A stretch of 64,000 nucleotides of DNA from assembly GCA_044378015.1 (NCBI GenBank), contig JBILXZ010000008.1:9917-73916 (forward strand), read 5' to 3'. The DNA comes from Tagaea sp. GTDB lineage: Bacteria; Pseudomonadota; Alphaproteobacteria; CACIAM-22H2. Shown here in pieces: positions 48,258 to 59,427 of this stretch (its first letter is position 1; every line of letters starts with the position of its first letter). The notes under the pieces were generated by a model, which saw nothing but the letters and a program-made list of their open reading frames with translations, was not told where the DNA came from and searched no databases. The position numbers and the translations under genes are program-made.

Positions 48258-50624
48258 ATGGTCAATCCGAATGCCGCCGACAAGATCGAATTGTCGGCCG
48301 AAGAACTTGAGCGTCTTTCTTCGGACAGCGAAGGGGGCCCCGCCAAGCGTCTGACCGGCTGGCTCGGCTGGTTCACCGGCGCCGTCGCCTTCGGTCTGGG
48401 CGCCTACTCGCTCTACTGGACCCAGTTTTCGGTCAACACGACAGTCTACCGGTCGAGTTTCCTCGGCGTGGCGCTGGCGCTAATCTTCGTGCTTTACCCG
48501 CTGCTACGCGACGCCAAGGACACGCGCCGCGCCACGATCGAGGAATGGTGCGTGGCGCTGCTGGGCGTGGGCGCGATGTACGTGCTCTATCTCGAGGGCC
48601 GCATTTTCGAGCGCAGCCCCTTTGCGGGCGGCCTGCTGATCGTCGTGGCGCTGTGTTTTGCGGCCTATCCGTTGATCGTCTCGAGCCGAATTCTTTCGCG
48701 CACGCAGCTTGTCGACTGGATTTTCGTCGGTTTCGCGTTGTGGACAGCCTGGTATTTGGCCGCCAATATCGAATTCTACAAATCGCGCCCGACGCGGCCC
48801 TCGGCCGACGAGCTGGTGCTCGGCGGCACGCTGATCCTGCTCATTCTGGAAGGCACGCGACGCACGATCGGCTGGATCCTGCCGGCGATCACGATCCTCA
48901 TTCTGCTCTACGGCTATTTCGGGCCGTCGATTCCCGAACCGTTCGACCATCGCGGCTTCTCGATCAACCGCATCATCGGCCAAAACTACCTGACGCTCGA
49001 AGGCATTTTCTCGACTCCGATGGACGTGGCCGCGACCTTCATCATCCTGTTCACGCTCTACGGCGCGGTCCTCGATCGCGGCGGGGCGGGCAAGTTTTTT
49101 ATCGACTGGGCCTTCGCGCTGTTCGGCAAGAAGCCGTCGCCTTCGGCTCCGGGGCGCGCGGTGGTGGCGTCGGGCTTTCTGCTCGGCACCGTTTCGGGTT
49201 CCGGCGTGGCAACGACCGTGACGGTCGCCTCGCTCGCATGGCCGATGCTGCGCCGGGCGGGCTACCCGCCGACCGTGGCGGGCGGCATGCTGTCGGCGGC
49301 CGGGATCGGCGCGACGTTGTCGCCGCCCACACTCGGCGCCGCGGCATTCATCATCGCCGAATATCTCGATATCGAATATCTGGTCGTGCTGATCTACGCG
49401 ACGATCCCGACGATCCTCTACTACGTGTCGTGCTGGCTGATGACCGAGGCCGATTCGCGCAGCCTCAAGATCAAGGCCATCAAAACGTCAGACGCGTCGC
49501 TTTGGCAGCTCACGGTTTCGCAGGGCTACCATTTCCTGTCGCTGGCGGCGATCGCGTTCTTCCTGGTTCTTGGCTTCACCTCGTTTCTCGCGGTGTTCTG
49601 GTCGATCGCGATCGCGTTCATGCTGTCGATGGTGCGCATGGAAAGCCGTCTCGTGACGATGCCTGCCTTCGTCGCGGGTACGGTTGCAGGCGTGCTCGCC
49701 TGGGCCTTCGGCTCGACCGGCATCCCGGAGGCGGTAAATCTCGACGAATTGTTCGACGGACGCATTTCGGCGTCGATCTTCTGGGGCATGGTCGTGGCGA
49801 TCCTCGTGTCGGGCGCGCAGGCTTTGTCGGCCATGCGCGCAGGCCGCGAGCCGGATCCCGCTTCGACACGCATGATCGAGGCGATCATGGACGGCACGCG
49901 CGGCACGCTTGGCATCATCGCGACCTGCGCTTGCGCCGGCCTCATCGTCGGCATCGTCAATCTCACGGGCCTTGGCCTGACGCTGTCCTCGATCATCGTG
50001 GCGGTCGGCGGCGGCGAGCGCTTGCCCGTCATCGGGCTTGCGGCCCTTGCCATGTGGGTGCTCGGGCTCGCGGTCCCGGTCACGGCGAGCTACATCATCG
50101 CGGCCGTGATGCTTGTTCCGGCCCTCGTGAATGTCGGCATTCCGGCACCGGCTGCGCACATGTTCATGTTCTACTATGCCGTCCTAGCCGACGTGTCGCC
50201 GCCGACTGCTTTGGCGCCTTTCGCGGCATCCGCCATCTGCGGCGGGCGGCCATTCCCGACGATGATGCAGGCTTGGAAATACACGCTGCCAGCCTTCCTG
50301 GTGCCGGTGATGTTTTGCCTCACACCCGAGGGGCTGCAGCTGTTGATGCTCACGCCCGACGGCAAATGGCCCGAGGACTTCGCCGAATGGCTCGGCATTT
50401 TCGAGACGACGATCACCTCGTGCCTTGCCCTCGTCGGCTTGTGCGTGGGCATTACGGGCTATGCGCGCCAGCACGCGACGGCGATCGAACGCGTGTTGTC
50501 GCTGCTTGGCGGCATGCTGCTGATCGCCGCCGACGCGCGCGCCGATTTGGCCGGCTTTGTTCTGCTGTCGATCGGCCTCGGCCTCCATTGGGTGAGAACC
50601 CGAAAGACCGCAGCGGCTGCCTGA
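48258..50624 (+). CDS. TRAP 4TM/12TM fused permease
   Basis: GTVSGSGVA, PPTLGAAAFI, ADVSPPTALA motifs. Confidence 0.9.
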   Translation: MVNPNAADKIELSAEELERLSSDSEGGPAKRLTGWLGWFTGAVAFGLGAYSLYWTQFSVNTTVYRSSFLGVALALIFVLYPLLRDAKDTRRATIEEWCVALLGVGAMYVLYLEGRIFERSPFAGGLLIVVALCFAAYPLIVSSRILSRTQLVDWIFVGFALWTAWYLAANIEFYKSRPTRPSADELVLGGTLILLILEGTRRTIGWILPAITILILLYGYFGPSIPEPFDHRGFSINRIIGQNYLTLEGIFSTPMDVAATFIILFTLYGAVLDRGGAGKFFIDWAFALFGKKPSPSAPGRAVVASGFLLGTVSGSGVATTVTVASLAWPMLRRAGYPPTVAGGMLSAAGIGATLSPPTLGAAAFIIAEYLDIEYLVVLIYATIPTILYYVSCWLMTEADSRSLKIKAIKTSDASLWQLTVSQGYHFLSLAAIAFFLVLGFTSFLAVFWSIAIAFMLSMVRMESRLVTMPAFVAGTVAGVLAWAFGSTGIPEAVNLDELFDGRISASIFWGMVVAILVSGAQALSAMRAGREPDPASTRMIEAIMDGTRGTLGIIATCACAGLIVGIVNLTGLGLTLSSIIVAVGGGERLPVIGLAALAMWVLGLAVPVTASYIIAAVMLVPALVNVGIPAPAAHMFMFYYAVLADVSPPTALAPFAASAICGGRPFPTMMQAWKYTLPAFLVPVMFCLTPEGLQLLMLTPDGKWPEDFAEWLGIFETTITSCLALVGLCVGITGYARQHATAIERVLSLLGGMLLIAADARADLAGFVLLSIGLGLHWVRTRKTAAAA

Positions 50625-50628
50625 CGGG

Positions 50629-52122
50629 CTAAGCGGCCCGCCTCTTGGCCATGTAGCTGTAGATGTGCGGGCCCAAGAGGGCGGCAGCGGCCAGGGCCAA
50701 CAGCGTTGCCGACAATGGGCGCGTCAAAAACACGCTCCAGTCGCCCTGGCTGATGGTGAGCGCGCGGCGCAGCTCCTGTTCGGCGAGGGGCCCCAAAATC
50801 ATGCCGATGATGACCGGGGCGGCCGGAAAGTCGAAGCGGCGCATGAAATAGCCCGCAATGCCGACCGCGTAGAGCAGCATCAAGTCGATAACGCTCTGGC
50901 TGATGCCGTAGGTGCCGATCGTGGCGAACAGCAGAATGCCGCCATAGAGCCAGGGCTTCGGCACGGCCAATATCTTCACCCACAGCGGGACGAGCGGCAG
51001 ATTCATGACCAGCAGCATCACGTTTGCGATGTAGAGCGACGCGATGAGGCCCCAGACGAGATTGGCCTGGGTCTGGAAAAGCAACGGCCCGGGCTGGATG
51101 CCGTAGCTCTGGAACGCCGACAGCATGATGGCGGCCGTGGCCGAAGTCGGCAGGCCGAGCGTGAGCATCGGCACCAGAACGCCAGCGGCCGACGCGTTGT
51201 TGGCGGCCTCGGGCCCGGCCACGCCCTCGATGGCGCCGTTGCCGAATTCCTCTGGTTTGATCGAGAGTTTCTTTTCGATGTAGTACGACAGGAAAGTGGG
51301 GATTTCGGCGCCGCCCGCCGGCATCGCGCCGATCGAGAAGCCGAGCCCGGTTCCGCGCAGCCACGGTTTCCAGCTGCGTTTCCACTCCTCGCGCGTCATC
51401 CACAGCGAGCCAGACAGCGGCAGCAATTCGTCCTTGCCGTGCGCGTGGCGCGAGGCCAGCCACAGCGTTTCGCCGACGGCAAATAGTCCGACTGCAACGA
51501 CGATCACGTTGATGCCGTCGAGCAGCTCGATGAGGCCGAACGTGAAGCGCGGCTGGCCGGTCTGCAGGTCGATGCCGATGAGCCCGAGCCAGATGCCGAA
51601 GAAAAGAGACACGAGGCCGCGCACGGTCGAATTGCCGAGCACGGCCGAAACGGTCACGAAGGCAAGCGTCATCAGGCAGAAATACTCGGCTGGACCGAAT
51701 TTGAGGGCGAGTTCCACGACGACTGGTGCGAGGAACGTGATGCCCATCGTGCCGATGGTCCCGGCCACGAACGAGCCGATGGCAGCTGTCGCAAGCGCCG
51801 CCCCGGCGCGCCCGCGCTTGGCCATCCGGTTGCCTTCGAGGGCGGTCACGATGGTCGCGCTCTCGCCCGGCGTGTTCAGCAGGATCGAGGTCGTCGAGCC
51901 GCCGTACATGGCGCCGTAATAGATGCCCGCGAACAGGATGAAGGCGCCGGTCGAATCGACTTTGAAGGTGATCGGCAGCAAAAGCGCGATTGTGAGAGCG
52001 GGCCCGATGCCCGGCAGCACACCAATGGCCGTGCCGAGAAACGTGCCGATCAGCGCGAACATCAGATTGATCGGCGTAAGCGCGACGGCAAAGCCGTTCA
52101 GCAGTTGCGAAAGCGTATCCAT
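50629..52122 (-). CDS. tctA: Tripartite tricarboxylate transporter TctA
   Basis: [29 protein letters not shown] motifs. Confidence 0.92.
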   Translation of the reverse strand: MDTLSQLLNGFAVALTPINLMFALIGTFLGTAIGVLPGIGPALTIALLLPITFKVDSTGAFILFAGIYYGAMYGGSTTSILLNTPGESATIVTALEGNRMAKRGRAGAALATAAIGSFVAGTIGTMGITFLAPVVVELALKFGPAEYFCLMTLAFVTVSAVLGNSTVRGLVSLFFGIWLGLIGIDLQTGQPRFTFGLIELLDGINVIVVAVGLFAVGETLWLASRHAHGKDELLPLSGSLWMTREEWKRSWKPWLRGTGLGFSIGAMPAGGAEIPTFLSYYIEKKLSIKPEEFGNGAIEGVAGPEAANNASAAGVLVPMLTLGLPTSATAAIMLSAFQSYGIQPGPLLFQTQANLVWGLIASLYIANVMLLVMNLPLVPLWVKILAVPKPWLYGGILLFATIGTYGISQSVIDLMLLYAVGIAGYFMRRFDFPAAPVIIGMILGPLAEQELRRALTISQGDWSVFLTRPLSATLLALAAAALLGPHIYSYMAKRRAA

Positions 52123-52124
52123 GG

Positions 52125-52592
52125 CTAGAACAATGCCTCGATCGGGCCCGCCCCGATATTGATTCCAAGACCTTTGGCGAAGCCGACATAGGCGACGGTC
52201 GCGAGCACGAAGCCCAAGCCGAGATCGACATGCGGCTTGCGGCTTCCAAAGCAGCGGGCCGTGCATATGAACAGCAGGCACGAGGCAATGATGAAGCCGA
52301 GTTGGTCGATCAGCGCCACGTTGAGCGCAAGGCCGAGCAGCAGCCAGCGGAAGCTCTGCCAATCGACCGGCAAGGCGACTTCCGGATCCTCGCCGCTCCA
52401 GCCCCCGCGAAAGCCGGCAACGAGCAGGAAGATGCCGAGAATGCCGAGCGTGAAAGCGGTCGCGTACGGGACGACGGTGGGGCCGACGCGCGCATAGAGC
52501 GGCGACACGGGTATGGCTGTGCTCTGCTGGAACACGATGGCCGCAAAGACCAGGACGGCAACGCCGACCCAGATTTCAGGCACCAGACGCAT
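52125..52592 (-). CDS. tctB: TctB small membrane subunit
   Basis: About four TM segments; lies between tctC and tctA. Confidence 0.85.
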   Translation of the reverse strand: MRLVPEIWVGVAVLVFAAIVFQQSTAIPVSPLYARVGPTVVPYATAFTLGILGIFLLVAGFRGGWSGEDPEVALPVDWQSFRWLLLGLALNVALIDQLGFIIASCLLFICTARCFGSRKPHVDLGLGFVLATVAYVGFAKGLGINIGAGPIEALF

Positions 52593-52678
52593 GTTATTCC
52601 CCCCCGGAAAGAAAAGAGCGGCGCCGAGAAGCCGCAGGCGGGCTGCTCGGCGCCGTTACCGGAACATTTTAGGCTTGT

Positions 52679-53662
52679 TCAGGTCGCAAGGCCAAGGCCG
52701 CGCAGGATCGCCTCGATCCGCGTGACTTCGCTGACCACATAACGGCCGAAATCGTCGCCCGTCATGTAGATCTGCGTCCAGTCGCGCTTTTCGCACTCTT
52801 CTTTCCACTGGCTCGACTTGACCATCCGGTCGACCAGACCCATCAGCACCGCGCGCTGGGCGGGTGACACGCCGGGGGCCGCGAACACGCCGCGCCAGTT
52901 GGCCAGTTCCACGTCGATGCCCTGTTCCTTGAGCGTCGGCGCATCGATGCCGGGCTGGCGGTCGGGCGAGGAAATAGCAAGGCAGCGCATGCGCCCGGCT
53001 TTGATCTGCTCGGCGAATTCGCCGTAGCCCGAAACGCCGGCTGTGGTCTGTCCGCCGAGGATCGCCGCTTGGGCGGGGCCGCCGCCGGCAAACGCGACGT
53101 AGCTCATTGCCTTGGGCTCCACTTTCAGCGCCTGGCCAATCATGCCGACCAGGATATGGTCCGTACCGCCGGCCGACCCGCCGGCCCACGACACGCCGCC
53201 GGGGCTTGCCTGGATGGCAGCGGCAAGGCTCTTCATGTCGCGATGCGGCGAGTTGGCGGGGACGACGATCGCCTGGAACTCGCCCGTGAGGCGCGCCAGC
53301 GGCGTGGCGTCGGTCATTTTGACGGGGCTCTTGTTGGCGATCAGCGAGCCCACCATCACGAGGCCCGCGACCATCATCACGTCGCCCTGGCCGCGCATGC
53401 CGAGGAAACGCGGCAGGCCCACAGCACCGCCCGCACCCGGCACGTTGTCGAACTGGAAGTTCGTCATGATGCCGGCTGCGCGCATGACCTGCTCGATCGA
53501 GCGGCCGGTCTGGTCCCAGCCGCCGCCGGGTGCTGCCGGAATGTACATGCGCAGGCGGTCGAGCGCCTGGGCCTGGACAACGCCGGGTAGAGACGTGCCG
53601 ACAGCCGCGGCGGCAAGGCCGTATTTCAGCGCATCGCGACGGTTGAGGTCGAAATTCGACAT
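52679..53662 (-). CDS. tctC: TctC/Bug substrate-binding protein (Tat signal)
   Basis: NRRDAL; PAAPGGGWD, NVPGAGG, PTLKEQG, NWRG motifs. Confidence 0.92.
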   Translation of the reverse strand: MSNFDLNRRDALKYGLAAAAVGTSLPGVVQAQALDRLRMYIPAAPGGGWDQTGRSIEQVMRAAGIMTNFQFDNVPGAGGAVGLPRFLGMRGQGDVMMVAGLVMVGSLIANKSPVKMTDATPLARLTGEFQAIVVPANSPHRDMKSLAAAIQASPGGVSWAGGSAGGTDHILVGMIGQALKVEPKAMSYVAFAGGGPAQAAILGGQTTAGVSGYGEFAEQIKAGRMRCLAISSPDRQPGIDAPTLKEQGIDVELANWRGVFAAPGVSPAQRAVLMGLVDRMVKSSQWKEECEKRDWTQIYMTGDDFGRYVVSEVTRIEAILRGLGLAT

Positions 53663-53821
53663 TTGTGGGTACCTCCCAAGAGTTTTGTTGACGACAGTTT
53701 TATTGGCAGAGTTTGGACTGTTTCTGTAGCCGACCCAGCACCTGCGAAGCAAGACCGGCTTGGCGTCGATTATGCGCAGGCAACCCTGGTATCTACAATT
53801 GATAGTGCCTAAATTGTGGAA

Positions 53822-55696
53822 ATGCGTCGCGTCGGCCCTGCAGATCCTCTCCAAGTTTCCGGTGTCCAGGCTGCGGGCGAATCCCGCGCGCTTTTGCGGC
53901 TTTTGCCGTATTTGTGGCCGGCAGGACGTCCCGAAATCCGCGTGCGCGTGCTGTCGGCCGTGGCGCTGCTGGTCGGCGCCAAGCTTGCCACGATCGTCAT
54001 CCCGTTGTTCTACAAACAGGCGGTCGATGCGCTGTCGGGTGCTGGCGGGGCCGAAATCGCTTTGTCGGTGGCTGTCGGATTCGTGCTCGCCTACGGCGGC
54101 GCACGCGTGGTGAGCCAGGTTTTCACCGAACTGCGCGAAATCGTGTTCGCGCGTGTCGCCCACCAGGCGATGCACCAGGTGGCGCTCGAAACCTTCCAGC
54201 ATCTGCATCGGCTTTCGTTGCGCTTCCATCTCGACCGGCAGACGGGGGGCCTCAACCGCGCTATCGAGCGCGGGACTGCCGGCATCGAGAATCTTCTCCA
54301 TTTCATGCTGTTCCAGATCGTGCCGACGATCCTCGAGATCGCGATGGTCTGCGGCATGCTCTGGTATCTCTACGACTGGCGTTTCGCTGCGATCACCTTC
54401 GCCACGATCGTGCTTTACGTGGCCTACACCTTCGCGATCACGGCGTGGCGCTTGCGCTATCGGCGCGCCATGCTCGAGGCCGAGGGCGAGGCTTCGACCA
54501 AAGCGGTCGACAGCCTGTTGAACTACGAAACCGTCAAGTATTTCGGCAACGAGCGCCACGAAGCCCAGCGTTTCGACAAATCGCTCGATGCCTACGAGCG
54601 CGCCGCCGTGCTTTCAAAGACTTCGCTGTCGCTGCTCAATGTCGGACAGGGGTTCGTGATCGCGGTGGGGCTCACAGGCGTCATGTGGCTCGCGGCCCAG
54701 ATGGTCGCGGCACGCGAGATGACCGTGGGCGGCTTCGTTCTCGTCAACGCCTATCTCATACAGCTCTATCTGCCGCTCAATTTTCTCGGGATGGTCTATC
54801 GCGAAGTGCGCCAGGCGCTGATCGACATGCAGTCGATGTTCCGCCTGCTGCATGCGCAGGCCGAAATTCTCGACAAGCCGGGCGCCTCCGACCTTGCCGT
54901 CGCCGGCGGACATGTGCGTTTCGAGAATGTCGGTTTCGGCTACGATGCGCGCCGGCAGATTCTGCACGGGCTCGACATCGACTTGCCCGCCGGCAAGACG
55001 CTCGCCATCGTGGGCTCGAGCGGTGCGGGCAAATCGACGATCTCGCGCCTGCTGTTCCGCTTCTACGACATCGACAGCGGGGCGATCCGCATCGACGGCC
55101 AGAACATCCGCGACGTGACGCAAAGCTCGGTGCGCGCCGCGATCGGCATCGTGCCGCAGGATACGGTGCTGTTCAACGACACGATCTACTACAACATCGC
55201 CTACGGGCGCCCGTCGGCCTCGCGCGCGGAAGTGGAGGAGGCCGCCAAGCTCGCGCGCATCCACGATTTCGTCATGGCGCTGCCCGACGGCTACAAATCG
55301 CGCGTCGGCGAGCGCGGCCTCAAGCTTTCCGGCGGCGAGCGCCAGCGCGTGTCGATCGCGCGAACGATCCTCAAACGCCCGAAGGTGCTGGTGTTCGACG
55401 AGGCCACCAGTGCTCTCGACACGCGCACCGAAAAAGAGATCCAGGATTCCCTGCGCCAGATTTCGGCAGGCGTGACGACCTTGGTCATCGCCCATCGGCT
55501 GTCGACCGTCGTCGACGCCGACCAGATCGTCGTGCTCGACAAAGGCCAAGTCGTCGAACGCGGCACGCATGCCGATCTGCTTGCGGCCGAGGGCGTGTAC
55601 GCGCAGATGTGGCGCCGCCAGCTCGAAACGCGCGAAGCCCAAGCGCGCATCGAAGCGGCGGCGGCGCCCGTCTCGCCCGCCGCAGTCGGCGACTAA
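53822..55696 (+). CDS. Atm1/HMT1-type ABC exporter
   Basis: DSLLNYETVKYF, PLNFLG.VYRE, GSSGAGKS, LSGGERQR motifs. Confidence 0.92.
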   Translation: MRRVGPADPLQVSGVQAAGESRALLRLLPYLWPAGRPEIRVRVLSAVALLVGAKLATIVIPLFYKQAVDALSGAGGAEIALSVAVGFVLAYGGARVVSQVFTELREIVFARVAHQAMHQVALETFQHLHRLSLRFHLDRQTGGLNRAIERGTAGIENLLHFMLFQIVPTILEIAMVCGMLWYLYDWRFAAITFATIVLYVAYTFAITAWRLRYRRAMLEAEGEASTKAVDSLLNYETVKYFGNERHEAQRFDKSLDAYERAAVLSKTSLSLLNVGQGFVIAVGLTGVMWLAAQMVAAREMTVGGFVLVNAYLIQLYLPLNFLGMVYREVRQALIDMQSMFRLLHAQAEILDKPGASDLAVAGGHVRFENVGFGYDARRQILHGLDIDLPAGKTLAIVGSSGAGKSTISRLLFRFYDIDSGAIRIDGQNIRDVTQSSVRAAIGIVPQDTVLFNDTIYYNIAYGRPSASRAEVEEAAKLARIHDFVMALPDGYKSRVGERGLKLSGGERQRVSIARTILKRPKVLVFDEATSALDTRTEKEIQDSLRQISAGVTTLVIAHRLSTVVDADQIVVLDKGQVVERGTHADLLAAEGVYAQMWRRQLETREAQARIEAAAAPVSPAAVGD

Positions 55697-56643
55697 AGCG
55701 CCACCGCGATCTTGTCGAGCGGCGGGACGGCCGCAATCAAACCGTTTTTTGCCATGAATTCGGCGAAGCCCAGTTCGCGCGCGGGATCGAGCGCGGCCGG
55801 ATTGCGCGCGAACAGCGGCACTGTCGCCTTCCACGCCCGCCGATTGAGATCGTTGTCGAGATTGGCGCGGCCTTTGATGAAAAGGCGCCACGCGGCATCG
55901 GGATTGGCGGCTGCGTCGGCTGCGCCGCGCGCGACGGCATCGAGAAACGCGCGCAGCTTCGGATCTCGGCTGCGCGCGCGGTCGCGCTGGGCAGCGAAAA
56001 TCAAAGCGTCGTGCATCGGGATGCCGTGTTCCTCGAGCGGAAACGCGCGGCCCTTGGCGCCTTCGATTTCGAGCTGGAACAGTTCGAAATTGCGGAACGC
56101 GCCGATCACGCCGTCCACGCGCCTGGTCAGCAATGCCGGGCTCAGGGCGAAATTGACGTTGACGGTTTCGTATGCGCCTGCGGGCACGCCTGCGGAGGCC
56201 AACATCGTGCGCAAGAGTGCCAGTTCGACGCCGGAAATCGAATATCCGATTTTGCGGCCGCGGAAATCCGCGAGCGTCTTCACCGGTCCGTCGGCGAGTA
56301 CGGTCACGGTCGAAAGAGGGCTGTCGATCAAGGCGCCGATGCGTGCTGCGGGAATGTCCCGCGACGCCTGGAAGATCTGCGTGTGCGGATAGCTCACGGC
56401 AATGTCGCCGCGACCGGCCGCGATCAGGCGCGGCGGATCGTTGGGGTCGCTCGGCGGCACGATGCGCAGATCGAGCCCGGCGCTGCGGAAATAGCCCATC
56501 TCTTGCGCGACGACGATCGGCCCGTGGTTGGGGTTCACGAACCAATCGAGCAGCAGCGTGAACTCAGTCCCTTGCGCGCGCGCCGTCCCGCCGAGGAAAG
56601 GCGAAGCGGCAAAACCTGCAAGCACATTGCGGCGGCGTATCAT
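55693..56643 (-). CDS. NMT1/THI5-like (ThiY) substrate-binding protein
   Basis: LDWFVNPNH, PSDPNDP, GAFRNFE motifs. Confidence 0.85.
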   Translation of the reverse strand: MIRRRNVLAGFAASPFLGGTARAQGTEFTLLLDWFVNPNHGPIVVAQEMGYFRSAGLDLRIVPPSDPNDPPRLIAAGRGDIAVSYPHTQIFQASRDIPAARIGALIDSPLSTVTVLADGPVKTLADFRGRKIGYSISGVELALLRTMLASAGVPAGAYETVNVNFALSPALLTRRVDGVIGAFRNFELFQLEIEGAKGRAFPLEEHGIPMHDALIFAAQRDRARSRDPKLRAFLDAVARGAADAAANPDAAWRLFIKGRANLDNDLNRRAWKATVPLFARNPAALDPARELGFAEFMAKNGLIAAVPPLDKIAVAL

Positions 56644-57401
56644 GTTCGGTCTCCCGGTCGGGCGTTGGAATAGGTCGGCGGCTGCCACGGCGCGAGACGG
56701 TGCGCGAGGCGATCGACGAGGCGGTAGAAAAAGACGGCAAACGTCGCGAGCACCAGCAGGGCCGCGAACATCAGGTCGGTCTGCATCTGCGCATTGGCTT
56801 GCAGCATGACAAATCCGAGGCCGGCGGCGGCGCCGACCCATTCGCCGATAATGGCGCCGATGGGCGCGACAGCCGCCGCCATGCGCAGGCCCGAGGCGAG
56901 GGCGGGCAGGGCGGCGGGCAGGCGCATGCGCCACAATATCGCGGCGGGTTTTGCGTTCATGACCTGAGCCAAGTCGAGCCAGCCGCGCTCGGTGCGCGCA
57001 AGCCCGTCGTAGAAGACCGAGGCGACTGGAAAGAAGATGACCAAGGCGGCGGCTGCGACTTTCGATGCAAGGCCGAAGCCGAGCCACAGCACCAGCAGCG
57101 GTGCGATCGCGAAGATCGGTATTGCTTGGCTCGCGACGACGAGCGGCAGGAGCCATGCGCGGGCGCCGCGCGAAGCGCTCAACGCAAGGGCCGCAAGACA
57201 GCCGAGGCTCGTGCCTACGAGCATGCCCAACACGATTTCAAGCAACGTCACGAGCGCATTTTCGGCGAGGAAAGACGCGTTGTTTGCCAAAGCGGCCGCG
57301 ACGCGCACCGGTCCCGGTAGGATGAAGGGCGGCACGCCGGTTGTGCGAACAAGCGCCTCCCAGGCGAAGCAGAATCCGGCGAGCAGCAGCAGCGGACGCA
57401 T
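56640..57401 (-). CDS. ABC permease (ThiX-like)
   Basis: LPAALP..ASGLR and GAIIGEWVG motifs. Confidence 0.85.
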   Translation of the reverse strand: MRPLLLLAGFCFAWEALVRTTGVPPFILPGPVRVAAALANNASFLAENALVTLLEIVLGMLVGTSLGCLAALALSASRGARAWLLPLVVASQAIPIFAIAPLLVLWLGFGLASKVAAAALVIFFPVASVFYDGLARTERGWLDLAQVMNAKPAAILWRMRLPAALPALASGLRMAAAVAPIGAIIGEWVGAAAGLGFVMLQANAQMQTDLMFAALLVLATFAVFFYRLVDRLAHRLAPWQPPTYSNARPGDRT

Positions 57402-58138
57402 CAGGCCGCCGTCGCCGCAAGCGCTTCGAGCAGGCGATGCTCGGCCTCGCGCAACGCGTTCGGCGCAAGACCGCGCGGATGCAAAGGCGCGCCGATAGCG
57501 GCCGGGCTTCCCGCCAGCACACGCACCGCATCGCCCATGCGCAACGCTTCGCGCGGATCGTGCGTGACCAGCAGCACTGTGCGGCCTTCGAGCAGCTTCA
57601 GGGCGAGTTCCTGCAGACGCCAGCGCGTTATGGCATCTAGGGCGCCGAAGGGCTCGTCCATCAGCACGAGCGGCCGGTCTTCCATCAACGTGCGCGCAAG
57701 TGCGGCACGCTGGCGCTGCCCGCCGGACAGCGTATTCGGCATCGCGCGCATCTTGTCGCCGAGCCCGACAGCCTCGACCAGGGCGGCCGCGCGCGCGGTG
57801 TCGTATGCCGTGCCGCGCAGGCGCGCGCCCAACGCGACGTTGGCTGCGACATCGAGCCACGGGCAAAGCAGATCGGTCTGGGCCATCCAGGCGACGCGCC
57901 CGGCAAGCGGGCCGCCGTCGTCGGCGCTGATTTGGCCGCTTGCATCTTCGGGTGCAAGACCTGCGATCAGGCGCAGCAGCGTGCTTTTGCCGATCCCCGA
58001 CGGGCCCAGAAGGCACGTGAAGCTGCCGGGGGCGAGATCGAAAGACAGCTCGTCGAACAGAATCGCATCGCCGAACGCGACGCGCGCTTTGCGCACTTGC
58101 AGGCCGAAGCCCGCGACGGCTGGAGAAATCTTGTCCAT
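57401..58138 (-). CDS. ABC ATPase (ThiZ-like)
   Basis: GPSGIGKS, LSGGQRQR, MDEPFGALD, VTHD motifs. Confidence 0.88.
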   Translation of the reverse strand: MDKISPAVAGFGLQVRKARVAFGDAILFDELSFDLAPGSFTCLLGPSGIGKSTLLRLIAGLAPEDASGQISADDGGPLAGRVAWMAQTDLLCPWLDVAANVALGARLRGTAYDTARAAALVEAVGLGDKMRAMPNTLSGGQRQRAALARTLMEDRPLVLMDEPFGALDAITRWRLQELALKLLEGRTVLLVTHDPREALRMGDAVRVLAGSPAAIGAPLHPRGLAPNALREAEHRLLEALAATAA

Positions 58139-58141
58139 CTA

Positions 58142-58222
58142 ACGCAATCCCTACGCCGGCATGACCCGGATCAGGTTCTCGGGTGTGATCTCAGCCGAAA
58201 AAGCTCGGCACCCCGTGCGAAC
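58142..58222 (-). ncRNA. TPP riboswitch
   Basis: Minus strand GGGGTGCC...GGCTGAGA...ACCC.AGAACCTGATCCGGGTCATGCCGGCGTAGGGA directly upstream of the ATG. Confidence 0.93.
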
Positions 58223-58280
58223 GCGGAATTTATAGCGCTCGATTGACGGCGTTTGCAAGCCGCTCTATCTCAATCAAGGC

Positions 58281-59420
58281 ATGGCCGAGCGTCCTCTCTT
58301 CATCGGTTCGGAGATCTACCGGCGTTCGCGCTACGGATCGAACCACCCGCTCGCGATTCCGCGCGTATCGACCTGCATCGATTTGGCGCGCCTGCTTGGC
58401 TGGCTGCCCGACGACGTCTACATCGACAGCCCCACGGCAACACCGGCCGAACTCGAACGCTTCCATGCGCCCGACTATATCGCCGCCTTGCAGGCTGCCG
58501 AAGCCGCGCAAGCGATTTCGGACGGGGACTCGGCGCGCTACAATATCGGGCGCGGCGGAAATCCGGTATTCGGCGAAATCTTCCGCAGGCCTGCGACCGC
58601 TTGCGGAGCCTCGCTTGCCGCCGCCGACATGTTGGCGACAGGCCGAGCGCGGACGGTCTATTCGCCGGCCGGCGGCACGCATCACGGGCAAAAGGCGGCT
58701 GCCAGCGGCTTTTGCTATCTGAACGATCCGGTGCTCGCCATTCTGCGCCTGCTCGACCATGGCGTTGCGCGCGTGGCCTATGTCGATATCGATGCGCATC
58801 ATTGCGACGGGGTGGCGGACGCATTGGGCGACGATCCGCGCGTGCTGCTCGCTTCGATCCACGAGGCCGGACGCTGGCCGCAGACGGGAGCCGTCGATGC
58901 GGGCAGGGCCGTCAACATTCCGGCCCCCGCAGGCCTCAACGATTCGGAATTCGCATTGCTGTTCGAATCCGTCTTGCTGCCGCATGTCGAGGCTTTCGCG
59001 CCCCAGGTGCTGGTGGTGCAGGGCGGGGCCGACGCGTTGGCCGACGACCCGCTGTCGAACCTTGCATTGTCGAACAACGCGCTATGGCGCGCGGGTGCAG
59101 CATTGCAACGGCTCGGGCTGCCGATGCTGATGACCGGGGGCGGAGGCTACAATCCGTGGAGCGTGGCGCGCGCCTGGGTCGGCATGTGGGGGACGCTGAA
59201 CGGCTTCGCGATCCCCAAGCTCTTGCCGTCGGCGGCCGAAAGCCTGCTGCGCAGCCTTGATTGGCACCGGCGCAAAGACCGGCTGCGCCCCGAAGCCTGG
59301 TTTTCGACCTTGCAGGATGCACCCGCCGAGGGGCCGATCCGCGCCGAGGTTTCGGCTTTGGCGGATACCGTCAACCGCCATGCCGAGTCGGTTTTGCGGC
59401 TTCGCTCGCGCGTGCTATAG
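58281..59420 (+). CDS. AcuC / histone deacetylase-family protein
   Basis: HPL, GGTHHG, ASGFCYLND, DIDAHH.DG, QGGAD, GGGGY motifs. Confidence 0.9.
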   Translation: MAERPLFIGSEIYRRSRYGSNHPLAIPRVSTCIDLARLLGWLPDDVYIDSPTATPAELERFHAPDYIAALQAAEAAQAISDGDSARYNIGRGGNPVFGEIFRRPATACGASLAAADMLATGRARTVYSPAGGTHHGQKAAASGFCYLNDPVLAILRLLDHGVARVAYVDIDAHHCDGVADALGDDPRVLLASIHEAGRWPQTGAVDAGRAVNIPAPAGLNDSEFALLFESVLLPHVEAFAPQVLVVQGGADALADDPLSNLALSNNALWRAGAALQRLGLPMLMTGGGGYNPWSVARAWVGMWGTLNGFAIPKLLPSAAESLLRSLDWHRRKDRLRPEAWFSTLQDAPAEGPIRAEVSALADTVNRHAESVLRLRSRVL

Positions 59421-59427
59421 CTTGCGT

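Noticed and set aside
52617-52657. Hairpin between tctC and tctB as a novel RNA
   Set aside because: An ordinary intercistronic stabilising stem after a binding-protein gene.
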